In this document: positions 1 to 7,360 of the stretch, piece after piece
Position numbering within the stretch: position 1 is the first letter of the stretch
Layout: every line of letters starts with the position of its first letter
Virus record (IMG/VR): IMGVR_UViG_3300003375_000100
Span: 1 to 29,306 of that record
Strand: one strand, 5' to 3'
Length of the DNA stretch: 29,306 bases
Origin: a virus
Taxonomy: Duplodnaviria; Caudoviricetes
Notes under the pieces: model-generated
Told to the model about the DNA's origin: nothing
What the model saw: only the letters and a program-made list of their open reading frames with translations
Database searches by the model: none
Program-made: the position numbers and the translations under genes

Positions 1-1
1 A

Positions 2-172
2 CTTCGCGCGTTGATGGACAAGAACGGCATGTCCAACAAGGAGGGCATCGAAAAGGCTCGTCAGGAGTTGGCCGGTGCCATCACACGTATTGTGGTCAAC
101 GAGGCCCTGTCAGAGGCCAAACAGCGCGCGCAAGTGCGCGACCAGGCCATTGGGGCGAAAGAGCCTAAATAA
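2..172 (+). CDS. 3' end of a hypothetical protein (5'-truncated by window edge)
   Basis: Frame 2 is open from the window start (LRALMDKNGMSNKEGIEKARQELAGAITRIVVNEALSEAKQRAQ...EPK) to TAA at 170-172; not in the ORF track. Confidence 0.7.
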   Translation, partial: LRALMDKNGMSNKEGIEKARQELAGAITRIVVNEALSEAKQRAQVRDQAIGAKEPK

Positions 173-173
173 T

Positions 174-185
174 TGCATTAGTATA
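174..185 (+). promoter_or_regulatory. Conserved intergenic motif TGCATTAGTATA, putative phage promoter (copy 1)
   Basis: One of four TGCATTAnTATA copies, all intergenic and co-oriented with the downstream gene; ends about 15 nt upstream of the tRNA. Confidence 0.6.
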
Positions 186-199
186 TTTAGAGGGATAAT

Positions 200-275
200 C
201 TGCGTATGGGGTAACCTGGTAGCCCACGTGCTTTGGGAGCATGTAGTCTACGTTCAAATCGTAGTATGCAGACCA
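200..275 (+). tRNA. tRNA-Pro (anticodon TGG)
   Basis: Cloverleaf: acceptor CTGCGTA/TATGCAG, D-stem GGGT/GCCC, anticodon stem CGTGC/GCATG with loop TTTGGGA, T-arm CTACG-TTCAAAT-CGTAG, discriminator A and encoded CCA; C1-G72 and A73 match bacterial tRNA-Pro identity. Confidence 0.95.
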
Positions 276-288
276 CCAACATTTCTCA

Positions 289-397
289 TGAGGCAATTAG
301 AGCCGAAGTGATACTGATCGGCAGGCGACCCGCAAGGACCTCAAATGCAATCCAGAATTAACTGGTGAACCCTATGGACGCGTAGGGCTACGGTCTC
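289..397 (+). ncRNA. Candidate structured RNA of unknown family
   Basis: TGAGG(289-293)/CCTCA(339-343) encloses GCCGA/TCGGC and CC-GCAA-GG hairpins; followed by CCAG/CTGG and CCCTATG-GACG-CGTAGGG hairpins; no convincing ORF. Confidence 0.4.
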
Positions 398-414
398 TTT
401 AAATACTAAAAATT

Positions 415-798
415 ATGGCAACAAAAATAACAACAAAATACAGACCTGAGATGTGTGAGCAGATCATTGAGCTCGGCATGCAGGGCGCGACGCAAAAGGC
501 CATGTGGTCCGCGTTAGGTATTAGCAAGTCCACGGCAGACAAGTGGAAGAAAGATAATGCAGACTTTGCAGAGGCAGTCAGCCGGGCCACTACCGAGTCC
601 CAGGCATGGTGGGAGCGTGAGGGAATGGCTAATTTAAGTAATAGAACCTATAACACCAGGCTGTATGAGGTGATGACAAAGAGTATGTTTCCAGAAGACT
701 ACAGAGAAGTTAAAGATAACAAAGTTGATGCAAAGGTAGAGGTCACGGTGGACTTTGGCGGAGAGATAGCTAAATTAATAAATGCTTTAAAAGAATGA
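415..798 (+). CDS. Terminase small subunit-like HTH protein
   Basis: KYRPEMCEQIIELG...ALGISKSTADKWKK...FAEAV...SQAWWE pattern typical of phage TerS/DNA packaging proteins. Confidence 0.7.
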   Translation: MATKITTKYRPEMCEQIIELGMQGATQKAMWSALGISKSTADKWKKDNADFAEAVSRATTESQAWWEREGMANLSNRTYNTRLYEVMTKSMFPEDYREVKDNKVDAKVEVTVDFGGEIAKLINALKE

Positions 799-1142
799 AA
801 ATTTGTCATAAATGTGAAATTGAAAAACCATTGACGGAATTTCACAAACACACAACAAAAGATGGATATAGGCATCATTGTAAATCTTGCGTAAAAGAAA
901 GGCGGCGATTAAAAAACTATGGCATTACTGGTGAGCAATTTAATGCTATTAGAAAGAAACAAAACGACAAATGTGATATATGTCAAACAGATCTTTTATT
1001 TGGTAAATTGGTTCATGTAGATCACGATCATAAAACAGGAAAAGTGAGAGGAATTCTTTGCCATTACTGCAATACAGGATTGGGGCTTTTTAAAGATTCA
1101 ATAGATCTTTTAAACTCCGCCCAAAACTACCTTAAAAAATAA
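795..1142 (+). CDS. Endonuclease VII-family (His-Me) nuclease, probable free-standing homing endonuclease
   Basis: CxxC...CxxC N-terminus; CDIC...HVDHDHKTGKVRGILCHYCNTGLGLFKD motif; visibly AT-rich relative to neighbours; ATGA overlap with upstream gene. Confidence 0.88.
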   Translation: MKICHKCEIEKPLTEFHKHTTKDGYRHHCKSCVKERRRLKNYGITGEQFNAIRKKQNDKCDICQTDLLFGKLVHVDHDHKTGKVRGILCHYCNTGLGLFKDSIDLLNSAQNYLKK

Positions 1143-1163
1143 AAAATATATTTGCACAAAACG

Positions 1164-1185
1164 AAAGGACCTACGGGTCCTTTTT
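1164..1185 (+). terminator. Rho-independent terminator
   Basis: AAAGGACC-TACG-GGTCC-TTTTT hairpin with T tract. Confidence 0.8.
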
Positions 1186-1196
1186 GCATTATTATA
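1185..1196 (+). promoter_or_regulatory. TGCATTATTATA motif (copy 2)
   Basis: Immediately after the terminator, upstream of the DUF2800 gene. Confidence 0.55.
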
Positions 1197-1224
1197 GTAC
1201 CTTAACAAGAATAGAAAGACTAAC

Positions 1225-2358
1225 ATGACCGCTCACGCGCTACTCTCAGCATCCGGATCAGATAGATGGATGGCATGCACACCATCTGCCAGATTAGAGG
1301 CCACACTCCCAGAACAGAAAAGACAGACTGGCTCGTTCAGTTTTAGTGAAGAGGGCACAACAGCACATACCCTGGCAGATGCCGAATTAAGCTTGTTGTT
1401 TGGTCATATAAAGAAAGCAGAATATGACAAAATTATCCAAGAAGTTAAATCAACAGAATACTACAACAAAGAGTTCCATGATTACGTCAATAACTACGTG
1501 CTTTATGTCCGCTCTCAGATCGGCGAAGGAGATACACCACTATTTGAACAGCGCGTCGATTTCAGCGACTACATCCCCGAGGGGTTCGGCACAGCGGATG
1601 TGGTGATACTATCCAAACACAAGATCCGCGTAATGGACTTGAAGTTTGGTAAAGGTATTCCAGTATCGGCAAAGGACAACAGTCAACTAAGGCTATATGC
1701 ACTTGGAGCGTATTGTAAGTTCAAGGAAGAGTTTCCAGACGTTACAGAGGTTGAGTACACCATCGTTCAACCGCGCCTGGATTCAATCACAACAGATCAC
1801 ACAACGATTGAGAAGTTATTAGACTGGGCACAGTACTACGTCAAGCCAAAGGCCAAAAAAGCATGGAGCGGATCCGGTGAGTTTATTCCAGGCGATCACT
1901 GTCAGTTCTGTAGGGCAAAGGCCCAGTGCCGTGCACGCTCTGACTTTAACAACGAACTGGCAAAGCTTGACTTTAGGGAGCCACCACTGCTAACCGCTGA
2001 TGAGGTATCTTTGGTGCTTGAGCGTGCAGGTAGTTTAAAGACCTGGGTCAACGACGTTGAAGAGTTTGCGCTCAACCGGGCAGTTGCTGAGAATATAACC
2101 CCTCCAGGTTTTACGCTTGGCACAACAGTCACGCACCGCAAGATAACAGACGCCAAGTTGGCCGAGATTCGACTTGTTGAGATGGGACTACCAAAGAGCA
2201 AGCTTTATGAGGAGCCAAAACTAAAGTCTGTTGCATCACTTGAGAAACTTGCGCCTAAGGGACACGTAGCAACGATACTAGGAGATCTAATATCAAGACC
2301 CCCCGGCTCACCAAAACTGGTAAGGGTTAAGGATACTACGGCGGAAGACTTCGCATGA
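1225..2358 (+). CDS. DUF2800-family PD-(D/E)XK (Cas4-like) exonuclease
   Basis: HALLSAS..RW..C, EGT.AH, EQRVDFS, GFGTAD, DLKFGKG, QL.LYALGA, HCQFCRAK..C motifs; synteny with DUF2815 and PolA as in APSE-like phages. Confidence 0.9.
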   Translation: MTAHALLSASGSDRWMACTPSARLEATLPEQKRQTGSFSFSEEGTTAHTLADAELSLLFGHIKKAEYDKIIQEVKSTEYYNKEFHDYVNNYVLYVRSQIGEGDTPLFEQRVDFSDYIPEGFGTADVVILSKHKIRVMDLKFGKGIPVSAKDNSQLRLYALGAYCKFKEEFPDVTEVEYTIVQPRLDSITTDHTTIEKLLDWAQYYVKPKAKKAWSGSGEFIPGDHCQFCRAKAQCRARSDFNNELAKLDFREPPLLTADEVSLVLERAGSLKTWVNDVEEFALNRAVAENITPPGFTLGTTVTHRKITDAKLAEIRLVEMGLPKSKLYEEPKLKSVASLEKLAPKGHVATILGDLISRPPGSPKLVRVKDTTAEDFA

Positions 2359-2612
2359 TTATTAATTTCTTTGGTGTTCAGGTAACAATTCCTGAAATAA
2401 TGATTGATAGGTATTGCAAAGAGACAGAGTGCATGGTACAATGGGAGAATCGTAAGGCATTAGAACGATTGCGTGATGCCATTAACGATGTCCTGTTTAC
2501 TGTAGCCGATCACCCCCAAATAATGGCAAACTCGGAGCACTACGGTAACTTTGTGAAGTCACTGGCGATACGTGTCGCGTTATCGAAACACAGGATACTG
2601 TACGACGATTAA
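2355..2612 (+). CDS. Hypothetical protein
   Basis: ATGA overlap with upstream gene; 85 aa filling the operon. Confidence 0.75.
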   Translation: MIINFFGVQVTIPEIMIDRYCKETECMVQWENRKALERLRDAINDVLFTVADHPQIMANSEHYGNFVKSLAIRVALSKHRILYDD

Positions 2613-2614
2613 CG

Positions 2615-2623
2615 TGATACAAT
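2615..2623 (+). promoter_or_regulatory. Extended -10 sigma70-type promoter (TGATACAAT)
   Basis: TGn-TACAAT in the intergenic gap upstream of the SSB gene. Confidence 0.5.
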
Positions 2624-2631
2624 TCGGTTAC

Positions 2632-2668
2632 GGGGTTGTCGATCTGGCCCCCTATTCAAGTCCAGATC
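2632..2668 (+). promoter_or_regulatory. Putative H-type RNA pseudoknot in SSB mRNA leader
   Basis: GGGG(2632-2635) pairs with the C run (2648-2652); loop GATCTGG(2641-2647) is perfectly complementary to CCAGATC(2662-2668). Confidence 0.6.
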
Positions 2669-2690
2669 TAACGCTAAAAAGGAAATTAAA

Positions 2691-3206
2691 TTGGCCGCAA
2701 CTATCAAAACCAAAGCCGTAACAGGCAAAGTTCGTTTTTCTTATGTTCAAGTATTTCAGCCAAAGGCTAAAGAAGACGGTGGTGCCCTTAAGTACTCTAC
2801 CGCGCTCTTGATCCCTAAGTCTGATAAGGATACTGTAGCAAAGATCAACAAAGCGATTGAGGACTGCAAGGAGGCCAACAAGGCAATGTTTGGAGGATCC
2901 ATCAAGGGTCTTAAGGGCGGTTTGCGTGATGGTGATGAGGAAAGAGAAGGCGCGGAGTACCAGGGTATGTACTTCATTAATGCCAACTCAGACCGCAAGC
3001 CTGGTGTTGTTGACGCGGACATGAACGCGATCATTGACCCAGAGGAGTTCTACAGTGGTTGCTATGGCCGTGCGTCTTTGACGTTCTATCCATACGACAC
3101 CAAGGGTGGGAAGGGAATTGCATGTGGATTGAACAACGTGCAAAAATTGGAAGATGGCGAGAAGTTAAGCGGTGGATCTAGCGCCGCAGAGGATTTCGCA
3201 GTCTAA
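2691..3206 (+). CDS. DUF2815-family single-stranded DNA-binding protein
   Basis: VRFSY..VF.P, KYS..LLIPK.D, LRDGD.E, FINANS, YSGCYGR, GIACGLNNVQKL.DGE.L.G, acidic/aromatic C-terminal tail; TTG start with AAGGA RBS. Confidence 0.9.
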   Translation: MAATIKTKAVTGKVRFSYVQVFQPKAKEDGGALKYSTALLIPKSDKDTVAKINKAIEDCKEANKAMFGGSIKGLKGGLRDGDEEREGAEYQGMYFINANSDRKPGVVDADMNAIIDPEEFYSGCYGRASLTFYPYDTKGGKGIACGLNNVQKLEDGEKLSGGSSAAEDFAV

Positions 3207-3223
3207 CAAAAAGCGAAGGAAGG

Positions 3224-3247
3224 AAAGGGGGCCTCGGCCCCTTTTTT
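3224..3247 (+). terminator. Rho-independent terminator
   Basis: AAAGGGGGCC-TC-GGCCCC-TTTTTT. Confidence 0.8.
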
Positions 3248-3279
3248 GCCCTCTATCATTAACTATAAAAGAGAATAAG

Positions 3280-5154
3280 ATGGACCAATACAGAGAATAT
3301 ATAGCCGCCAGTCGTTACGCACGTTTTATCGACGATAAGAACCGTCGTGAGACCTGGCCCGAGACGACAGACAGATTTGTGGAATACATATTCAGCAGAA
3401 CACCAAAGCTAGAAAACAACAGCAAGCTAAAGGAAGAGATAAGGACAGCGATCCGGGACCATAAAGTTATGCCGTCCATGCGTGCGATGATGACGGCAGG
3501 TAAGAGCGCGGACCGCGACAATACATGCGTCTACAATTGTAGCTACCTGCCAATTGATGACCCTAAGGCGTTTGATGAGGCGATGTTTATTCTGCTGTGC
3601 GGGACCGGCGTCGGTTTCAGCGTAGAGTCCAAGAATATAAACCAGTTACCCGAAGTGCCTGAGCAGATGTTTGACTACGACGGCGTTATCAAGGTCCATG
3701 ACTCCAAAGAGGGGTGGGCCAAGGCCCTTAGATTGATCATAGCGCACTTGTACGCGGGGGAGATACCCAAGTGGGATGTGAGCTCTATTAGGCCTGCAGG
3801 GGCGCGTTTAAAGACGTTTGGTGGCCGTGCATCCGGGCCGGGTCCTTTGGTTGATTTGTTTGAGTTTACCGTTAAGTTATTTAAGGGCGCGAAGGGTCGT
3901 AAGTTAAACTCCTTGGAGTGCCATGACTTGATGTGTAAAGTTGGTGAGGTTGTTGTGGTCGGCGGTGTCCGCAGGTCTGCAATGATCAGTCTGTCAGACC
4001 TGGACGATGAAAGGGTGCGTCATGCTAAATCTGGACCTTGGTGGGATACCGCGCCCCATCGCGCGTTGGCTAATAACTCGGCGGTTTATAATGAGACGCC
4101 TACAGTGGGGAAATTTATGGAGGAATGGCTTTCCTTATATAATTCACACTCTGGGGAGAGGGGAATTTTTAATCGCGAGGCGGCCCGTAAGACTGTGGAA
4201 AAGTACGGTGTACGTGATCCAAACTACGAATTCGGTACGAATCCATGTTCTGAGATTGTTCTTCGTCCCTACCAATTTTGTAATCTTACTGAGGTGGTAG
4301 CACGACATGATGATACTAAAGAGACTCTACTTGAGAAGGTACGCCTTGCTACCATCCTGGGCACTATTCAGTCTACATTCACTAAGTTCCCGTATCTGCG
4401 TAAGGTGTGGCAACGAAATACAGAGGAGGAGAGGCTACTCGGCGTCTCAATCACTGGTATCTACGACAACAAGATGCTTTGCACGCAAGGAGAAGAACTA
4501 AATGAACTACTCGACACCTTGCGAGAAACTGCTCGCGCTGTTAATAAAGAATGGGCATCCATCCTCGGAATACCTACAAGCTGTGCTATCACATGTGTCA
4601 AGCCAAGTGGGACGGTCTCCCAACTCACTGACGCCGCTTCTGGAATTCATCCAAGGCACTCCAAATATTACATCCGAAGAGTACGAGGCGATAAGAAAGA
4701 CCCTCTTAGCCAGTTTCTTAGAGAGGCCGGAGTACCTGCCGAGGACTGTGTCTACAAACCTGAACAGACTGTGGTCTTCTCTTTCCCCCAACGAGCACCC
4801 GATGGCCTTACAAGAGGAGATGTCACACCTATTGAACATCTATCTTTATGGCTCACCTATCAGCAACATTGGTGCGAACATAAGCCGTCTGTTACAATTT
4901 CCGTTGAGGAGAAAGATTGGCCAAGTGTGGGGGCATGGACGTGGGATCATTTTGGGGAAATTAGCGGAGTTTCATACCTACCGTATGACGGCGGGACATA
5001 TAGGCAGGCGCCTTATGAAGAAATTTCAAAAGAAGCGTATGATGAGTTAAAATCTAAAATGCCTGCCATTAACTGGGAAGAGTTTAAAGAGGTGACAGAT
5101 AACGTCGAGGGAGCGCAAATGTTGGCCTGCGTAGCGGGTGTCTGCGAGATTTAA
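3280..5154 (+). CDS. nrdJ: Class II (adenosylcobalamin-dependent) ribonucleotide reductase, monomeric RTPR type
   Basis: SRYAR, MPSMR, YNCS, GTGVGFS, GGVRRSA, TNPCSEI, CNLTE, CVKPSGT and C-terminal CxxGxC; no small-subunit gene adjacent; start reassigned to ATG 3280. Confidence 0.92.
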   Translation: MDQYREYIAASRYARFIDDKNRRETWPETTDRFVEYIFSRTPKLENNSKLKEEIRTAIRDHKVMPSMRAMMTAGKSADRDNTCVYNCSYLPIDDPKAFDEAMFILLCGTGVGFSVESKNINQLPEVPEQMFDYDGVIKVHDSKEGWAKALRLIIAHLYAGEIPKWDVSSIRPAGARLKTFGGRASGPGPLVDLFEFTVKLFKGAKGRKLNSLECHDLMCKVGEVVVVGGVRRSAMISLSDLDDERVRHAKSGPWWDTAPHRALANNSAVYNETPTVGKFMEEWLSLYNSHSGERGIFNREAARKTVEKYGVRDPNYEFGTNPCSEIVLRPYQFCNLTEVVARHDDTKETLLEKVRLATILGTIQSTFTKFPYLRKVWQRNTEEERLLGVSITGIYDNKMLCTQGEELNELLDTLRETARAVNKEWASILGIPTSCAITCVKPSGTVSQLTDAASGIHPRHSKYYIRRVRGDKKDPLSQFLREAGVPAEDCVYKPEQTVVFSFPQRAPDGLTRGDVTPIEHLSLWLTYQQHWCEHKPSVTISVEEKDWPSVGAWTWDHFGEISGVSYLPYDGGTYRQAPYEEISKEAYDELKSKMPAINWEEFKEVTDNVEGAQMLACVAGVCEI

Positions 5155-5175
5155 GTTGAGTTGACATGGTGGTTT

Positions 5176-5203
5176 GGGCCGTCCTTTGAGGCGGCCCTTT
5201 TTT
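5176..5203 (+). terminator. Rho-independent terminator
   Basis: GGGCCGTC...GGCGGCCC-TTTTTT after nrdJ. Confidence 0.8.
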
Positions 5204-5204
5204 A

Positions 5205-5213
5205 TGGTACAAT
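5205..5213 (+). promoter_or_regulatory. Extended -10 promoter (TGGTACAAT)
   Basis: TGn-TACAAT right after the terminator and before the small-ORF cluster; same form as 2615-2623. Confidence 0.45.
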
Positions 5214-5231
5214 CCGATTATGGAGGAAGAT

Positions 5232-5432
5232 ATGACAAACGAAGAATACGTTACAAAGATACTGGAGCGTGTGGGGCCTACCATTGACGTTGTGGGGTTG
5301 TTTCTTATCGTAAAGAAGATCCAGGAAGATGAGCGTGATGCGTGTTTAAGGAGGGCAAAAACCGCACTACTTGGCACATTAGTGACGACAGCAGATAGGG
5401 TACTAAACGCTATTGCGAGGAGACAAGAATGA
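5232..5432 (+). CDS. Hypothetical protein
   Basis: GGAGG RBS precedes ATG 5232 (alternative start 5220); ATGA overlap with next gene. Confidence 0.7.
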   Translation: MTNEEYVTKILERVGPTIDVVGLFLIVKKIQEDERDACLRRAKTALLGTLVTTADRVLNAIARRQE

Positions 5433-5635
5433 ACATACACGACCCACAAAAAGACATTGACTACCTGGTAGCTAAGAACAACACCAGGGACCTGGCGGAG
5501 GCTATTTTAATAGCTATTCTGTACCTTAAAGATTCAGAGGGGAAGTTGCTGAGGGTCAATCTAGGCGAGACGTTTCAGGACCAGATTAATTTTGCGACAC
5601 AGATAGCTAGGATGCTAAGAGGGGGCCGAGATTGA
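5429..5635 (+). CDS. Hypothetical protein
   Basis: AGGAG RBS; coupled to upstream gene. Confidence 0.7.
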   Translation: MNIHDPQKDIDYLVAKNNTRDLAEAILIAILYLKDSEGKLLRVNLGETFQDQINFATQIARMLRGGRD

Positions 5636-5662
5636 ATACATATAACTTAAGGAGCTTAACAC

Positions 5663-5782
5663 ATGAGATTTAATATTAAATTATTTGAATATCGTTACAT
5701 TTTGAAAATATTTTTTCCTGCAGAGCGTTACATTAAATGGCTTCCTGCGGTTATGTGGGGAAAAATAAAACATATAAATTAA
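5663..5782 (+). CDS. Small hypothetical protein (39 aa, MRFNIKLFEYRYILKIFFPAERYIKWLPAVMWGKIKHIN)
   Basis: Strong TAAGGAG RBS; fills the gap exactly; below the ORF-track length cutoff; AT-rich. Confidence 0.6.
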   Translation: MRFNIKLFEYRYILKIFFPAERYIKWLPAVMWGKIKHIN

Positions 5783-5794
5783 GGAATTTAACAC

Positions 5795-5992
5795 ATGAAT
5801 GAAATTACAAGATTTGACATGATATCAAAGCCTAAAGAATGGGTAGGTTTAACGGATGAACAAGTAAATAGTACCTATGGTGAAGTCCAAGAAAAAGTTA
5901 ACAAGCATTGGGATGATGGCGGAACAACCATGATGTTTCCTACAACACTATACCAAGCATTTGAAGCCAAGTTGAAGGGGCTTAACACGTGA
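5795..5992 (+). CDS. Small hypothetical protein with EWVGLTDE...AKLKGLNT module
   Basis: AAGGA RBS; shares KEWVGLTDE with 7118..7360. Confidence 0.75.
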   Translation: MNEITRFDMISKPKEWVGLTDEQVNSTYGEVQEKVNKHWDDGGTTMMFPTTLYQAFEAKLKGLNT

Positions 5993-6522
5993 ACACATTC
6001 TTTACAGCAGATACGCACTTTGGGCATGCGGGCGTTTGCAAGTTCCTGCGCGATGACGGGACCAAACTACGTCCATGGGATGACCCAGATGAGATGGACG
6101 AGGACCTGGTCAAGTACTGGAACGAGACCGTTAGGCCAAACGACAAGGTCTACCACCTGGGGGATGTAGTCATCAACCGAAAGGCGCTCAAGACGATGGC
6201 CAGGCTGAACGGGGACAAGATTTTAGTAAAGGGCAACCATGACATCTTTAAGCTTGAAGACTACACGCCATACTTCAGAGACATTCGTGCCTACGCGGTA
6301 CTTGACAATATCCTCTGCTCCCATATCCCTGTACACCCCGATTCAAAGGGACGGTTTCGCGCAAACGTGCACGGGCATTTGCACTCCAATATTGTCTGCA
6401 AGCCTGACATTTACCGTGGTGGGAAGCCCGTCCGAGACCACTGGTATCTCTGCGTCTCAGTAGAGCACACCAACTTTAGGCCTATAAGCTTTGAAGAGAT
6501 AAAGAAACAATTGGAGGTATGA
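5989..6522 (+). CDS. Calcineurin-like metallophosphoesterase
   Basis: DTHFGH, HLGD, GNHD, SHIP, HGHLH motifs. Confidence 0.9.
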   Translation: MNTFFTADTHFGHAGVCKFLRDDGTKLRPWDDPDEMDEDLVKYWNETVRPNDKVYHLGDVVINRKALKTMARLNGDKILVKGNHDIFKLEDYTPYFRDIRAYAVLDNILCSHIPVHPDSKGRFRANVHGHLHSNIVCKPDIYRGGKPVRDHWYLCVSVEHTNFRPISFEEIKKQLEV

Positions 6523-6523
6523 C

Positions 6524-7114
6524 ATGACTAAAGAAGTAATGAAACAAGCACTTGATTCTTTAGAAAAAGAACGTTACTACTATTGCTTATATGAAGATGA
6601 AGATGGAGCTCCTGAACACATTCTTGATGCTATTCAAGCGTTAAAAGAAGCATTAAAGCAAGAGCAGGGTGAGCAGGGTGAGCAGTTAGCAAGACTTGGA
6701 TGGCAAGAAATTGATTGTCCAATTTGTGGAGGTGGCGCAAGAGCGTTTCCAAAGCAAGAGCAAGGTGAGATTGAACGCTTAACAGTCGCTTTGAAAAAAG
6801 CAAACGAGCAAGCCGAGCATTTTGAACGTGAATGGTATTTGCGCGGTGATGAACTTGAGAAGTTGAAGCAAGAGCAGGACGAGCCAGTGGCGTGGAAAAC
6901 TGATGACATTGAGTTATATGTTAGGGAAGATAAATTTGGGTTTTATGACATACCTCTTTACACCCACCCACTACCAAAGCGCAAGCCTCTGACGGATGAG
7001 CAGATTGTCGCAATTGTTCGAGAGGCATCACATGGGAGTGCAATCAGGCGAGAAGGTTCAACATCGATGCGAATTGCCAGAGCAATCGAATCTGCCCACG
7101 GCATAAAGGAGTAA
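6524..7114 (+). CDS. Mosaic hypothetical protein with KQEQGE/EPVAW linkers
   Basis: GGAGG RBS; three KQEQ(G/D)E linkers, a CPIC segment and a KPLTDEQI...ARAIESAHGIKE terminal module. Confidence 0.8.
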   Translation: MTKEVMKQALDSLEKERYYYCLYEDEDGAPEHILDAIQALKEALKQEQGEQGEQLARLGWQEIDCPICGGGARAFPKQEQGEIERLTVALKKANEQAEHFEREWYLRGDELEKLKQEQDEPVAWKTDDIELYVREDKFGFYDIPLYTHPLPKRKPLTDEQIVAIVREASHGSAIRREGSTSMRIARAIESAHGIKE

Positions 7115-7117
7115 AAC

Positions 7118-7360
7118 ATGACAGAAGTTGAATTTCTAAAAAGAGAGTTAGAACGTCAATTAAAAGCGGTTGATGATTTAAACAAAATGGTAAAAAATTT
7201 GAGTCAAATAACCTTTGAATCAAAAATGGATAAGTGGTTAAAAGCCAGTAAAGGTAAAGAATGGGTAGGGTTGACTGATGAGGAAATTGACGCATTATTT
7301 GCCTCTGATGTTGATTTTAGAGATGTACATGCTTTTTCATTAAAGGAAAAGAATGGATAA
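7118..7360 (+). CDS. Small hypothetical protein with EWVGLTDEE...LKEKNG module
   Basis: AAGGAG RBS; shared module with 5795..5992. Confidence 0.75.
   Translation: MTEVEFLKRELERQLKAVDDLNKMVKNLSQITFESKMDKWLKASKGKEWVGLTDEEIDALFASDVDFRDVHAFSLKEKNG

Noticed and set aside
174-185. Reading the TTGCA part of the motif as a sigma54 -12 box
   Set aside because: No TGGCAC-like -24 element at the required spacing in any of the four copies
75-311. 78-aa ORF
   Set aside because: Overlaps the upstream gene end and the tRNA-Pro; no RBS or recognisable motif
276-345. HDV-like (theta) or hammerhead ribozyme after the tRNA
   Set aside because: Could not fit the nested double pseudoknot or the CUGANGA/GAAA cores; the tRNA already encodes CCA
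1225-2358. Cas4-like nuclease as a sign of CRISPR-Cas
   Set aside because: No repeat-spacer array or other cas genes seen; standard DUF2800-DUF2815-PolA replication context
3172-3279. N-terminal extension of the RNR in the ORF track
   Set aside because: Runs through the SSB stop and a terminator; RNR-like sequence begins at ATG 3280
4502-5050. 182-aa alternative-frame ORF inside nrdJ
   Set aside because: Fully nested in a conserved enzyme gene with no recognisable motifs; likely a codon-bias shadow
5645-7360. Repeats as a CRISPR array, integron or DGR
   Set aside because: Repeats are degenerate, irregularly spaced and coding; no integrase, attC-like palindromes, reverse transcriptase or TR/VR pair seen in the window
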